A stretch of DNA of 64,000 nucleotides from Planctomycetota bacterium (GCA_031409275.1 JANNXA010000055.1:32001-96000); one strand, 5' to 3'; shown: positions 19,238-29,354, numbered from the stretch's first letter. A program made the numbers and translations. The notes: generated from the letters alone by a model not told the origin.

Positions 19238-19483
19238 ATGCCAACGACGACGGAGACCCTCTACCACTCGCCGGTGACGGGGGAGATCTGCTGCCCCGAG
19301 CATGCGCCGCGCCGCAAGACCGACTGCTGGTGGCGCGATCGCTGGTGCCGAGTGTCGCCGCGCTTCCGTACGACGTGGCCCGGCGACGAGCTCGGCGAGA
19401 TGCGCTGCGAGGTCTGCAAGTCGATCGAGCGAAGGGCGACCGCCGACGCCAACCGCCTCGCTGACCCCGCCGCCGGAGGATGA
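19238..19483 (+). CDS. Small Cys/His-rich (putative Zn-binding) protein
   Basis: CCPEH and CEVC; paralog at 53580-53825. Confidence 0.7.
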   Translation: MPTTTETLYHSPVTGEICCPEHAPRRKTDCWWRDRWCRVSPRFRTTWPGDELGEMRCEVCKSIERRATADANRLADPAAGG

Positions 19484-19803
19484 CCATGCGCATCGGCCCG
19501 AACGACAAGTTCTGGTTGGTGACCGACCCGACGCCCACCTCGCAGCCGAACGACCACGTGACGCAAGCGTCGCTCAAGAACCTCGACTTGATGTTCAACG
19601 GCGGCCTCTCCATGACCGAGAACCCGACCCTGTTCACCGACAAGCAGGAGGCCGAGATCGAGGCGTACGGCCGGTACGTCGCGATGCGGGCGAAGCGGGT
19701 CATCGCCGAGCACGCCGCTGCGGGAAACTCGCTCAGCAACGTCGACCGGATCGAGATCCGCGACGCGAAGGGCGCGGTCGTATTCACGGCGCCGCTCGGG
19801 TAG
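19480..19803 (+). CDS. Hypothetical protein
   Basis: GGAGG RBS; paralog at 53822-54148. Confidence 0.7.
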   Translation: MTMRIGPNDKFWLVTDPTPTSQPNDHVTQASLKNLDLMFNGGLSMTENPTLFTDKQEAEIEAYGRYVAMRAKRVIAEHAAAGNSLSNVDRIEIRDAKGAVVFTAPLG

Positions 19804-19844
19804 GGCCAACCGAACTTCGGATCGAACGGCTGAGATAGAATCGC

Positions 19845-19926
19845 AGCGCCGCCCGCCACTCCGGTGCGTCGGGACGCGAAACCCCTTCGCGATCCGGCCG
19901 GGCAGACCGGAGAGGCGGGCGGCGCT
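19845..19926 (+). ncRNA. Candidate hairpin small RNA (copy A)
   Basis: 20/21-bp outer stem, inner CGCGAA/TTCGCG stem with ACCCC loop, TAGAAT at 19836-19841; homolog at 54826-54903. Confidence 0.6.
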
Positions 19927-19944
19927 CTTGGTGAGATCCGCTGG

Positions 19945-19997
19945 CCATCGACCTGCGACCACCGGACCGGCGACCCTGTCAGAAGGGCATGTTAGCC
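19945..19997 (-). repeat. Truncated attC-like site
   Basis: Minus strand GGCTAAC ATGCC CTT..GTCGCCG..CGGTGGTCG resembles the first half of the attC at 57242-57334 and overlaps the stop codon. Confidence 0.55.
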
Positions 19998-21200
19998 TGC
20001 TGTTTCATCACCGGAGCCATCCGTCTCCTGCATGAAATACGCCTCTGCAAGTGGTTCTGGAAGCACGGTTCCGAACATGCGAACGTCCGGTCGATAGCCG
20101 AGTTGTTCCGTCCGCATGAACATCTCGATTGCTTGGCAATACTGATCCTGAAGGCATGTGAGTGCATGCCGAACGAACGAATCGACGACGTTCACGGCCG
20201 CGATCGCCTTGTCTGGTTCCAGCTGATGAATGGCGCTCCGGAGAGCGAATTCTGACATTGACCGCTCAGTCTTAAAAAGTGGGATGAACTTCTGGTCGAA
20301 GTAGATCTCTTCGAGGTCCTTGCGGTCGAATTGAATGCTCCCGTGAAGCTGTTGATTCCGGTCACGCATCAGGCCAAGGAACTCAGCTACCTCGGGTGAG
20401 TCGTCGGTGAGCGGGCGTATGAAGCCGAGGCAGTGTACGTGCAGCATCTTGACTCGAACATCGATTTGCTCGCGGAGCCGGGAATTGAGGACCACCTTGT
20501 CCCGGCGCAAATCGGGTCGAAGTAGCGTGAGTAGCAAGAGGTTTACGAACGCCTCGCCCATGACCGGAGCCAACATTCGAATGGAGAGGCTAAGCTCAGC
20601 CGCGCGGCCATACGCACGCATCGCCTTCGTCATCGCATGAGAACGTGAGGCAGCCTCACGGCGATGCACAGGCCGTGGCGGCACATGTATGGCATTTAGA
20701 TTGATACGGTTGAGCTGCCGCGTACGTCTGCGAACTACGTCCGTAATCCGGAAGTAGGGGTTGACGACAAGCGACCAGCGTTCAAAAGAGGACTTCATAG
20801 ACTCAAGCGCGGGCCCTAACTGATGGATGTCCTTCTTCAACTGCTTGGCGAGCGCCGTCCATTCATTCTTGTCGAACCCTGGATCTCCGGCGACCGCAAG
20901 CTTCATTTGAAAACTGTAACCCGTGATCATGAGCAACGATGTACCGGCCATCAGCCAGTACTCCCAGTGAACCAAATTGCTAACGGACTGATCACGCAAC
21001 GCCATCGCGGGACCATTCGGAAGTCCAAAACGAACTCTGAGGTACGCATACGTGTCGAGCGGCGACAGCAAACCATCGTTCCACCAGTTGGTGACCAGAT
21101 GGCGCATTGCACTGCCGGGTGCGAGCAAGCGAAGGAATGACGAGGCCTCGTCAGCCGTAGCGACTCGCCAACTACTGACATTGCATGCGGCGTGCGGCAC
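19992..21200 (-). CDS. Cassette-like hypothetical protein, possible HEPN domain
   Basis: Visibly lower GC; GAGG upstream of GTG; RNQQLH Rx4H motif. Confidence 0.65.
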   Translation of the reverse strand: MPHAACNVSSWRVATADEASSFLRLLAPGSAMRHLVTNWWNDGLLSPLDTYAYLRVRFGLPNGPAMALRDQSVSNLVHWEYWLMAGTSLLMITGYSFQMKLAVAGDPGFDKNEWTALAKQLKKDIHQLGPALESMKSSFERWSLVVNPYFRITDVVRRRTRQLNRINLNAIHVPPRPVHRREAASRSHAMTKAMRAYGRAAELSLSIRMLAPVMGEAFVNLLLLTLLRPDLRRDKVVLNSRLREQIDVRVKMLHVHCLGFIRPLTDDSPEVAEFLGLMRDRNQQLHGSIQFDRKDLEEIYFDQKFIPLFKTERSMSEFALRSAIHQLEPDKAIAAVNVVDSFVRHALTCLQDQYCQAIEMFMRTEQLGYRPDVRMFGTVLPEPLAEAYFMQETDGSGDETAG

Positions 21201-21225
21201 TTGTGATCACCTCAGTGCAGTCAGG

Positions 21226-21483
21226 CTAGCACGCCCTTATTCCGCGCTCGACGCCAAGGTCGAAGTAGGCCGCCTCCCGCTTGGCACGGAGCTCGTCGGC
21301 TGCCGCCTCGAACTCGAGCCAGCGCCTCCGCTTGGTGCCAAGCGCCTTCACGATCGCGGCCGCCTTCGTCGTGACGACTCGCTGCAAGTCGCGGCGCCCA
21401 ACGCGCCGGCGGACCGTCCGGTCGACTGGGTGCTCGTAGCTCGGATCCTTCTCGATCGCGCGGTAGCTGAGGCGGGGTTTCAC
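21226..21483 (-). pseudogene. 3'-truncated paralog of 61702-62136
   Basis: Matches MKPR..EKDPSYEHPVD to GVE.GI.AC, then stops at 85 aa; the paralog runs to 144 aa. Confidence 0.6.
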
Positions 21484-21683
21484 GCCTGGCTCCCGACGCG
21501 CGCCACCGCGAAGCTGGCGCCCGCCAGGAAGGCCTCGACGTACAGGTCGACTGCAGCGACGGCATCGAGCACCGCATCGGGCGTCAGTCGATCGTGGGCG
21601 CGCTCGTCTGCCTCAGTTCGCCATAAGGCATCGTCAGTGACCGCGGTCGGTCCCGCGGTCAGGGCATCGGATTCGATCGGCAT
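21480..21683 (-). CDS. Small hypothetical protein
   Basis: LW..EA.ERAHDR..AVDL.VEAFLAGA shared with 62133-62321. Confidence 0.65.
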   Translation of the reverse strand: MPIESDALTAGPTAVTDDALWRTEADERAHDRLTPDAVLDAVAAVDLYVEAFLAGASFAVARVGSQA

Positions 21684-22852
21684 CGTCGTCTCCAAGCGCA
21701 CGCGAAATGCGCGCGCGGGGAGACAGTCACGCTCTCGAGCGACCTGGAATCAAGATGGCGGAGCGACCCGTTCGCGCTCTGTTGGCGTCAACCAAGCTGT
21801 CCCGCGTTTGCATCACGCTTGGGGGCCAAGCGGATCTCGGGTTCGCTGTTTACCGCCCTCTTCCTCTCTTCCACGACGAGAGAGTCCGAGAGCAATCGCG
21901 GCCGAGAGTTCGCTGATGCGCGACGCGGGTCCAAGCGAAGCGCTGCGAACAGAGAAACGGCGGCGCTTTGGTGACCGCCGTATCTCGCGCGTGACGCGCG
22001 ACTTCCGACGAGGCCAGCGAGCGGGGTACGAGCGGCCGCTGTCAACCACCGGGGCTGCCGCGCTGACGGGCGAGGAGCGCGTTGGCTCCCCAAGCGATCA
22101 GGAAAAGCGAACTGCTCTCTGTTCGTATTCGCGGCCGATCGGGCACCCAAGTCCAACTGTGACGCGAAAGCGAACAGCGTCGTGCTCTCGGTCAACAAAC
22201 TTTGAGCGACGAGACGTGGCGTGACAAATCGTCGAGATTCGCTCCGCCTCGCGGCGTTGCGGTCGCCCGCCTTCGACTGCCGTGCTCTCGGCGCGAAACG
22301 AACGTGGTGGTAGGGGCCGTCGTCGAAGCACCGGCTGAGCTCTGGCACGACCGATCCTCCAAGCACCGCATTCAGTCGCGGTTCGGCACGCGATTCAGCC
22401 ACGGCCGTTCGGCTGCACCATAAGGGCGTGGCGACGGTCGGGCAGCTCCGGTGCGCGACCTTGACGAAAACTCAAACTGCGGGCAACTGGTCGGCGCGGC
22501 GGTTCCGAGACTTGTCGGCCGGCGTGACATCGATCGCATCACGGAGCGGGTGTCCACGCCAATCGTGAGGGCGTCGGTCAGGCGCTCCGACTGTGGCTCC
22601 GGTTTGTGCCCGACCGACTTCCCCAGCCAGTAGCCATGTTTCGATCGGCGCACGGCGAACTCTCGGCAGATCCTCACTAGCGCCACGTCGGAGCGCCGTA
22701 CTTCCCCGCAGCGTCACGCGTCGGCTCGGACCAGACGGCTTCGTATATCTACTCGCGGGTGAGGTCGATGGATTCCAAGGGCATCGGTTGCGCTCACTCC
22801 GGAATGAGCACTGCGTCAAAACGTCTTATGTTACGGACTCGTTGTTCTGGTC

Positions 22853-24238
22853 TCATCTGGCACGCGCGCCTCGCAACGCAAAGGCTGGTCGATCGTCGTG
22901 GTTCGCGACGTAGCGACTGAGCGCATTCATGAAGTCCTCGCGTGGACGTAGCCGCCCCTCTTTCCGCGCTCGCACAAGGCGCATGAGCACGCCGCTTGCG
23001 GCGCGGAGCGAGAGTGGCTGTACGTGTAGATGTCGCCTTTCTGGCGCGAGGATCGACATTTCGGATAGCCGCTTCCGCGAGCAGTTGCCGACCGGCCCTT
23101 CGGGCTGGCTGCGCGCCTCGAATGCCTTTCCTTCACGGCTGAACGCGGCAAGGGGCCACGAGCGTCCAGACGCACGATCGAATGGGACGCCATCCTCCGT
23201 CACTGCGACAGGTGAAAGAAGTCGCTTGCCAATCCACTCGGCGACGCGGACGGGAACAGCGTTCCCGACATACTTCCAACGAGAGTTGTTTCGAACACCA
23301 GGCCCGCTGACATCAGTCCAGCCAACGGGAAAACCCTGGATCCGTTCCGCAAGTTCAATTGACGGTGTCGAGAACTCATTCGTGTCACGGAACCAGATCG
23401 CAGGGGGTGAAGGGATGCCGAGGCTCGATCCACCCTTGAGCGTCGGGATGGCCTCTGCTGCCCAGCCCAGCCCTCGGTTGCCCTCGGTCCAGTAGAAGCC
23501 ATAGCAGGAGCCGCTTTCTTCGTCAGACGGGAGTTCCTTCACAACGCCATCGGACGGGTCGAACAGGACGGATCGAGGATCGTCCTCGGGCGAGCGAGAT
23601 GCCAGGAAGAAAACGCGCCGACGGCGCTGGGGAAGACCAAACTGCAGCGAGTCGAATACTCTGTATGCCCACCAACGGTAGCCGAGCTTTTCGAATCCCT
23701 GGACCACGCATTCCATGGCGCGCCCAGACTGAAGCCGAAGCATGAACGGCACGTTCTCGAACAACACCCAGCGCGGAGCGGTGCCCTTGCGCTTCGCAGC
23801 GGCGAGGAGACGGAACACCTCGCTGACGAGTCCGCTCTTCTCGCCGTCGATGCCGGCGGTCAGCCCCGCCTGGCTCAAGTCCTGACACGGAAAACCAGCG
23901 GTGACAAGTTCCGCCCCGTCAAGATCGCGAAGTTGGCGGACATCGGAGTGAAGTCCGCCCTTCAGGCCAAACCGAGCGGCCAGGATCAACCGGGCGCCCG
24001 CGTCGATCTCGCACGCGAGCCGAAGTCCGCTGACGGAAAAGCCAGCGCGGTGAAGGCCCAGCTCGATCCCGCCGATTCCGGTGAACAGCGACGCGACCCG
24101 GCTGTCCCTACGGAGAGCAGGAGAGGCTGGATGTCCCTCCCTTGCCCGCTCGGATTCGGTGCTGATCCGCTTTGCGGTTGACTTGATCTCGGCGAGGGGC
24201 AAGGCCAACCTCCGATTGTTCCAGACAGATTGAACCAT
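22853..24238 (-). CDS. DNA (cytosine-5)-methyltransferase (start may be TTG 24202)
   Basis: LFTGIGG, GFPCQD, ENV, PQRRRRVF, YVGNAV. Confidence 0.92.
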   Translation of the reverse strand: MVQSVWNNRRLALPLAEIKSTAKRISTESERAREGHPASPALRRDSRVASLFTGIGGIELGLHRAGFSVSGLRLACEIDAGARLILAARFGLKGGLHSDVRQLRDLDGAELVTAGFPCQDLSQAGLTAGIDGEKSGLVSEVFRLLAAAKRKGTAPRWVLFENVPFMLRLQSGRAMECVVQGFEKLGYRWWAYRVFDSLQFGLPQRRRRVFFLASRSPEDDPRSVLFDPSDGVVKELPSDEESGSCYGFYWTEGNRGLGWAAEAIPTLKGGSSLGIPSPPAIWFRDTNEFSTPSIELAERIQGFPVGWTDVSGPGVRNNSRWKYVGNAVPVRVAEWIGKRLLSPVAVTEDGVPFDRASGRSWPLAAFSREGKAFEARSQPEGPVGNCSRKRLSEMSILAPERRHLHVQPLSLRAASGVLMRLVRARKEGRLRPREDFMNALSRYVANHDDRPAFALRGARAR

Positions 24239-24279
24239 AAACCGGGGGCGATCTCGAGCCCCCGGTGGCGAGACTGGCG

Positions 24280-24771
24280 TCAAGGCCGGAGAATCTGCTC
24301 GTCGCACCGCTCGCAGCGCCTTCGGGCGATTGAATCGAAGATCCGACCGGCGGCCTTGACGGGATCTTCGTGAGCCCAAACGCGGATGACCAGCCAACCC
24401 GCCAACCGAAGCCGACGGTCCGTATCCCTGTCCCTGCGTACGTTCGCAGCGAGCTTCGCGCACCACCAAACGGCATTCGACTTCGGTTGAGTTCCATGTC
24501 GCGGACAGCTGTGCCAAAAACAGCCGTCGACAAAAACTGCGACGCGTTCGCGTCGAAACATGACGTCGGCCCGGCGACGAAGTCCGGGCAGCGGCGCGGC
24601 GTCCACCAAGTACCGTAACCCAACTCCATGAAGAACACGACGAAGACGAAGTTCTTCGGGCGTGTCGCGCTTCTTCGTCGAGGCCATCCGCTTGCGAACC
24701 GCCGGGGACGACGCGAGCGGCCTGATCGTGTTAGACGGTGAGCGATTCGCCAACGGCATGCGATACATCAC
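24280..24771 (-). CDS. vsr: Very short patch repair endonuclease
   Basis: RDTPEELRLRR, ADVMF, AVFVDGCFWHSCPRH, NVRRD, RVWAHE. Confidence 0.92.
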   Translation of the reverse strand: MMYRMPLANRSPSNTIRPLASSPAVRKRMASTKKRDTPEELRLRRVLHGVGLRYLVDAAPLPGLRRRADVMFRRERVAVFVDGCFWHSCPRHGTQPKSNAVWWCAKLAANVRRDRDTDRRLRLAGWLVIRVWAHEDPVKAAGRIFDSIARRRCERCDEQILRP

Positions 24772-25481
24772 TTAGCTTGGGCGAGAGACATGTATTGTTT
24801 CGTTTCAATGAACCGGCCAAGACTTCGAAGGAACCCTCGGACGTAGAGTTCCGTCTCCTTAGCCGTCCGCTTGAGGTCATCGAGCGTGACGTCGCGGCCG
24901 CATTCCGCGAACGACTTCTCGCCGTGGGCAAGAGCATTCCGCTGATCCTTGACGATGACGAGGCTGGCACCGCCCTTTGCGTTCTTGTGCACTTTGAGAC
25001 TCAAGTTGTGCCTCTCACATACCTTCCTGATTTTGGCTGCATCGAGACTGCCCGCACCGGGCAGCTCGTCGGCACTCAGATGTACGATCCTCTTTTGGAC
25101 GATTTCGTCGACGAGTTCTGAAGCCGCCTTGCGATAGTTCTCAGGAGACGCAGTCTCGAACCTCACAGCTCGATGCTTCTGGTCAATCCAGACTGCACGG
25201 ATCGACTCGCTCAGGTTGTGGCATGTGCATTGGTCAGTTTTCACCGCGAAGTACAGCCGTTCGAAACCCGACCTCACTGCCGATTCGACGAGGTTGTAAA
25301 TGAGCAAGTAGGCGGTGGCCTTTCCGATGACCCGCCAATTGTCTTCGACAGCAACCGAATGCGGCCTACCACCTGAACGACGACGAAGCACGGAGCCCGG
25401 GGACTCCATCCTCTTCAGCATCCTCAAATAACTCTGGATGTCTTTCGCACGCTGCTCGAAGTCCTTGACGACGGACTGCAT
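24768..25481 (-). CDS. HEPN nuclease, MAE_28990/MAE_18760-like
   Basis: YLLIYNLVES, GSLDAAKI, QRNALAHGEKSFAECG. Confidence 0.85.
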   Translation of the reverse strand: MQSVVKDFEQRAKDIQSYLRMLKRMESPGSVLRRRSGGRPHSVAVEDNWRVIGKATAYLLIYNLVESAVRSGFERLYFAVKTDQCTCHNLSESIRAVWIDQKHRAVRFETASPENYRKAASELVDEIVQKRIVHLSADELPGAGSLDAAKIRKVCERHNLSLKVHKNAKGGASLVIVKDQRNALAHGEKSFAECGRDVTLDDLKRTAKETELYVRGFLRSLGRFIETKQYMSLAQAK

Positions 25482-25483
25482 CG

Positions 25484-26536
25484 TCAGCCCTCGACACCGA
25501 GCAAATGGTCGCGGACGAATTCAACTCGTCCCCGAAGTCGTGGGCCGGAATTGCTCGCATGCGTCGTGGTGTGGTCCTCAAACTCTGCAGATGCAAGCCA
25601 CCTATGGACATCCGAGGGTGATAAATCTTGCTTCAACCTCAGTGCAAGGTTCGTTCCGACAGCAATCGCTTCGAATCGAACGCGGGGTGTGATCTGGGCT
25701 CCGGGACCCTTTGCGAATCCGTGAGGAAAGTGCTTCTCGACGAACTCCATTGTGCTGTCGAATTCGCTCTGGAGCCGCTTGGCCTCGAACGCCGTCCGAT
25801 GCTCACACGCATAGCGATCCAGAAACGAATCAACGTCGTGCCGAAAGTCCTTGTACGTGTCGGAATATGCAAAGAACCTCAACACAAGCTCCTCGTCCTC
25901 TCGACGCTTCTTCATCTTGTCGCTGATCGGACACAGTTCGACGAATCGTTTGTCGTTGGCCAGCTTCTTGACGAAGTCCATGAAAGGTCCCGTCAATGCT
26001 CCTCGGCGGACTTCGCTTGCTCGCGCCCTCACCCCGCTCGTATTCACTCTGTCGAACACCTCTTGTCGCAACTCAGGAGTCGTACTGTCTTCGAGAACTA
26101 CAACTCGGAGCGCCTTGGTTCCGAACTTGCGCTGTTGCGCAATCGGAAGATCAGAAAAGACGAAGCCTTCGAGGGACTTGAGTCGCTTGAGACCCTCCAA
26201 TCGAAGATCGGAGTTCGTGAACTCCTCAAGCGTCTGGATCCGTTGAGCTCCGTCCACGATCTCCAGTCGGCCGTCGTCCATGTCGGCGACGAACATCATC
26301 GGAATCGGAAGTCCGAGGATGACCGACTCGACGAATCTGCACTTGTGCGTCGAGGGCCAAATAAACTCCCGCTGGTACGGCGGCACGTAGAAGAACGACT
26401 CGCGAAACTTCGTGACGATGTAATCGATCGTGAAATCACGCAGGTCGTAGCGGACCTCGTGCTGCATCTCGCGGATCTCCTGCTCCGCTACTTGGCGCTC
26501 TTTGTCCCCGACTTTGTGGAGCAATTGCTGTTTCAT
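25484..26536 (-). CDS. DUF262 (GmrS/ParB-like) domain protein
   Basis: PPYQREFIW, FVESVILGLPIP, VDGAQR, FDRVNTSG. Confidence 0.9.
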   Translation of the reverse strand: MKQQLLHKVGDKERQVAEQEIREMQHEVRYDLRDFTIDYIVTKFRESFFYVPPYQREFIWPSTHKCRFVESVILGLPIPMMFVADMDDGRLEIVDGAQRIQTLEEFTNSDLRLEGLKRLKSLEGFVFSDLPIAQQRKFGTKALRVVVLEDSTTPELRQEVFDRVNTSGVRARASEVRRGALTGPFMDFVKKLANDKRFVELCPISDKMKKRREDEELVLRFFAYSDTYKDFRHDVDSFLDRYACEHRTAFEAKRLQSEFDSTMEFVEKHFPHGFAKGPGAQITPRVRFEAIAVGTNLALRLKQDLSPSDVHRWLASAEFEDHTTTHASNSGPRLRGRVEFVRDHLLGVEG

Positions 26537-26671
26537 GCCTTCCTCGCGTTCAGGTCGAAATCTGACTCAGCGTCTTTCGTGGTGGCCATTGCAACGAGGG
26601 TTCGACAAAGCGCCAGTATCTCGCCGGGATGGAAGTCACTAGAGGGGCGACATCGGGCGAGCGGCTCCGGA

Positions 26672-27493
26672 TCATGACGCATTGGCGTCTCCAAGCTCCG
26701 CGATCTGCGCCGAATTGACTAGCCAAGCGATTTGTTCCGCGACGCGCTTCGGACTCGGACCGCCTTCGATGAAAACACCAAGCTCCATGTTGAAGTCGAA
26801 TGCCGCCTCGGTCAGGTTTGCGCTCGTCACGAGCAACGTGGTCGAGTCGGCCAACGCGAACTTGGCGTGCAGTGCGCCGGGAGTCCCACGTCCACTCTTG
26901 GGACGGTTTTCGAGCCGCCACTCATAGACGACGGCTCCAAGATCGACGACGGACCGCAACGCCGAGATCCCGTCGTGCGTGATCCGTCCACCCCCGGACT
27001 CCCTTGATTCGAGGAGTAGCCGAACGCGCACGCCTCGCCGGAGGGCATCGACCAGTGCGTCCCGGATGCCGCTGATCGCGTACGCGACAAACGAGACGAT
27101 CCACAACTCGCTTCGAGCTCCCTGGACCAGCTCAGTCAGGGCTTGCTCGGTTCGCCGGAGGGCAGATCCCGGCTTCGTCGGCCCAGACCATACGAGTTCC
27201 ACTTGCTCACCGAGGCGCGCGGCCTCGACGGCACAAGAAGCACTCGAGATGGCCAACGCAATCGTGTCCGCTGTCACGGAGCCGCTGGCATTCCGCCAGG
27301 CAGCGACGAGAGAGTCGACGCGGTCACGACACTCAGCCGGGAATCCCGCCGGGGTGGGATCAATCCCGATTCGATCACCCGGTGTCGTTCCAAGCGACTG
27401 CAAGTGTCCGACGAGTTCCTCGGCGACGGCCGCCGGTAGGTCGGCAACAAGTTCCGCGATCTTCCGAGCCAGGAGATCAGCACGCGGGTCCAT
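26672..27493 (-). CDS. drmC: DISARM phospholipase D-family nuclease
   Basis: ELVWSGP, LHAKFALAD (HKD), TSANLT, NMELG; follows drmB. Confidence 0.9.
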   Translation of the reverse strand: MDPRADLLARKIAELVADLPAAVAEELVGHLQSLGTTPGDRIGIDPTPAGFPAECRDRVDSLVAAWRNASGSVTADTIALAISSASCAVEAARLGEQVELVWSGPTKPGSALRRTEQALTELVQGARSELWIVSFVAYAISGIRDALVDALRRGVRVRLLLESRESGGGRITHDGISALRSVVDLGAVVYEWRLENRPKSGRGTPGALHAKFALADSTTLLVTSANLTEAAFDFNMELGVFIEGGPSPKRVAEQIAWLVNSAQIAELGDANAS

Positions 27494-27494
27494 G

Positions 27495-29351
27495 TCAGCT
27501 CGGCGCTCCTTCCATCCAGGGCGCGAGCGGCTTGCGAACGGTCACCGCAAGAACCGAGCGGTCGAGGTACTTGTTCCCGCGCTCGCACGATGTTTCGGAG
27601 ACGAACAAGCAGGAATGGCAGGCGGTGCCGTGGAGCACTCCTCGACCGCGCTCGGGTCGATGTTCGGCGCAAAGCGGATCCGACGAGCAAAGCTGGAGGC
27701 GCTGGAGTCCGATAGTCAGGTGTCGTCGAAGCGACTCCGATTCACCGAGGGCGACGAGCCCACCAAGCGTTCCTTCGCTGTCGGCTGCAGCTGTGAAGAG
27801 CAGGACGCCAGCCATCGCGCCGCCCTCCTCGTCCGCTCCGGCCGAGTAGATGCGTTCCTCGATACTGGCGGCCGAGTACCCGCATTCGATCGCGAACTGA
27901 CGAAGCAGCGTGTGCGACAGCGTGTGCAGGACGACATAACGCAGGCCGGGATACTGCTCCTCGGGATTGGGGATGTTGCGCGCGCGACGGAAAGAGACGT
28001 GCGCGCGGCGGAATTCGCCGTCGAGTTGTCTCGCCTCGGTCCCATCGAGCCACGCGGACAGCGTGTCCTCGCGCAAGCGGAGGAATACCCCCTCGCCCCT
28101 CACCTCGGTCGATGGGACCCAGGTCGGAGCCCCGCGTGAGAGCGGCCCGCGCTGGATCTGCGGAATTTGCGCTGGATCACCGAAATCACCGGGCGATTCG
28201 ATCCGTGTGAAGCCGATGCAGGCACGCACCACGCGCAGCCGTTCGACGAGGACGACTTCGGCGATGAACTTCTCGAACCCCCTCGGAGCCGTCGCGGACC
28301 GCACTCGGAAGTCGTCGGACTTCGGTGCAGCGGCAGGATTCGTGAGCACGCCCCACTCTTCCCGTCGCAGATCGCCGAAGGACTGAGTCGTCGCCTTCGT
28401 GATGGTTGCTCGGCGGCGCTCCTCGATGGCCTTCCAGACTTCATCCCGCGACCATGCACCGAACTGCGTCAGGACCATGAGGAGCGGCTTGAGCTGATCG
28501 ACGCTCGAGACCTCCTTCAAGACGGTCCAGATTTCGTCAACTTTCTGTCGCAGCTTTCCCTTGTCCGTCGGCAGCGACAGTGCAGAGAGCGGGATCGAAA
28601 ACCAGAGGTTCGATGCACCGATCAGCATCACGCGCGGCTTTTCCGTGCAGCCTTTGTCCTCGTAGTCGCGCCCAAGATGCGGATGCCTTCCCGTGCACTC
28701 TTGAGGCAGGTGCTTCAGCGCGTTGTCGCCGAACGCCAGCGTCATCGGCTTGCCCGCGTTGCACCCCTTGCAGAACACGCGCAGGTCGGCGACCTCGGAC
28801 GAAAGTCCGCTCTCTTGGAATTCGAGTGGCCCGGAACACCCCGGAGTCTTGTGCGCGATGAACTGGTCCCACGGGAAGTCGTCGAGATGGCCGTTCCGGC
28901 ACGCGACGACGAACCTCGCGGGAACGACCTGCGGCGGCTTGCCGATCTTGCAGTTCTTGTGCACGTAGCAGGTGCGATCCTGCCGGAATGGCTCCTCCTT
29001 CAACTCGAAGATCCCGAGATCGAGCGGCGCGAGCGTCTGGCAACGTGGGCAACGCACCCAGCGCGGGAACGTGACGACGGGCACCCCGGTGCGCGCGTCC
29101 TCGCTGAACGGATCGCTCCCGTCCCGATAGATCGGCGCGACCAGCCGTTGGACCTGGCTCCCGAGATGGCTCTGCACCAACGCGAGCAGTCGATCTTCGG
29201 TGATCTCGTTGAGAGGCGACGGTGCTGCCCACTGCTGCAATCCGGAAGGCATCACCGACATGCGCGGGAGATCGACGATGGAGCCGACCCCGTACGTGTG
29301 GAGGATCTGGCTACGCCTCGCTTGTCCGACTCGGAAGGGTGCGAACGGCAT
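27495..29351 (-). CDS. drmB: DISARM DUF1998 protein
   Basis: YGVGSIVD, CRNGHLDDFPW, LHTLSH, GTLGGL, CSSDPLC..ACHSCLFVSETSC. Confidence 0.92.
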   Translation of the reverse strand: MPFAPFRVGQARRSQILHTYGVGSIVDLPRMSVMPSGLQQWAAPSPLNEITEDRLLALVQSHLGSQVQRLVAPIYRDGSDPFSEDARTGVPVVTFPRWVRCPRCQTLAPLDLGIFELKEEPFRQDRTCYVHKNCKIGKPPQVVPARFVVACRNGHLDDFPWDQFIAHKTPGCSGPLEFQESGLSSEVADLRVFCKGCNAGKPMTLAFGDNALKHLPQECTGRHPHLGRDYEDKGCTEKPRVMLIGASNLWFSIPLSALSLPTDKGKLRQKVDEIWTVLKEVSSVDQLKPLLMVLTQFGAWSRDEVWKAIEERRRATITKATTQSFGDLRREEWGVLTNPAAAPKSDDFRVRSATAPRGFEKFIAEVVLVERLRVVRACIGFTRIESPGDFGDPAQIPQIQRGPLSRGAPTWVPSTEVRGEGVFLRLREDTLSAWLDGTEARQLDGEFRRAHVSFRRARNIPNPEEQYPGLRYVVLHTLSHTLLRQFAIECGYSAASIEERIYSAGADEEGGAMAGVLLFTAAADSEGTLGGLVALGESESLRRHLTIGLQRLQLCSSDPLCAEHRPERGRGVLHGTACHSCLFVSETSCERGNKYLDRSVLAVTVRKPLAPWMEGAPS

Positions 29352-29354
29352 CGA

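Larger units (their letters stand above)
8019..22091 (+). mobile_element. Element A core: terminase/cos/serine-recombinase integrative element (true left end unknown, may lie outside the window)
   Basis: Gene-for-gene synteny with 40594-62804; ends in GGAGCGCG..TTGGCTCCCC like the tRNA-Asn junction. Confidence 0.75.

Noticed and set aside
21753..21775. ATGGCGGAGCGA as a second tRNA-end remnant
   Set aside because: Too short, with no matching tRNA in the window
21707..22850. ORFs in the A/B junction, e.g. 21052-22224 and 21788-22402
   Set aside because: Arg/Ser/Ala-rich translations with no motifs; more likely non-coding element ends
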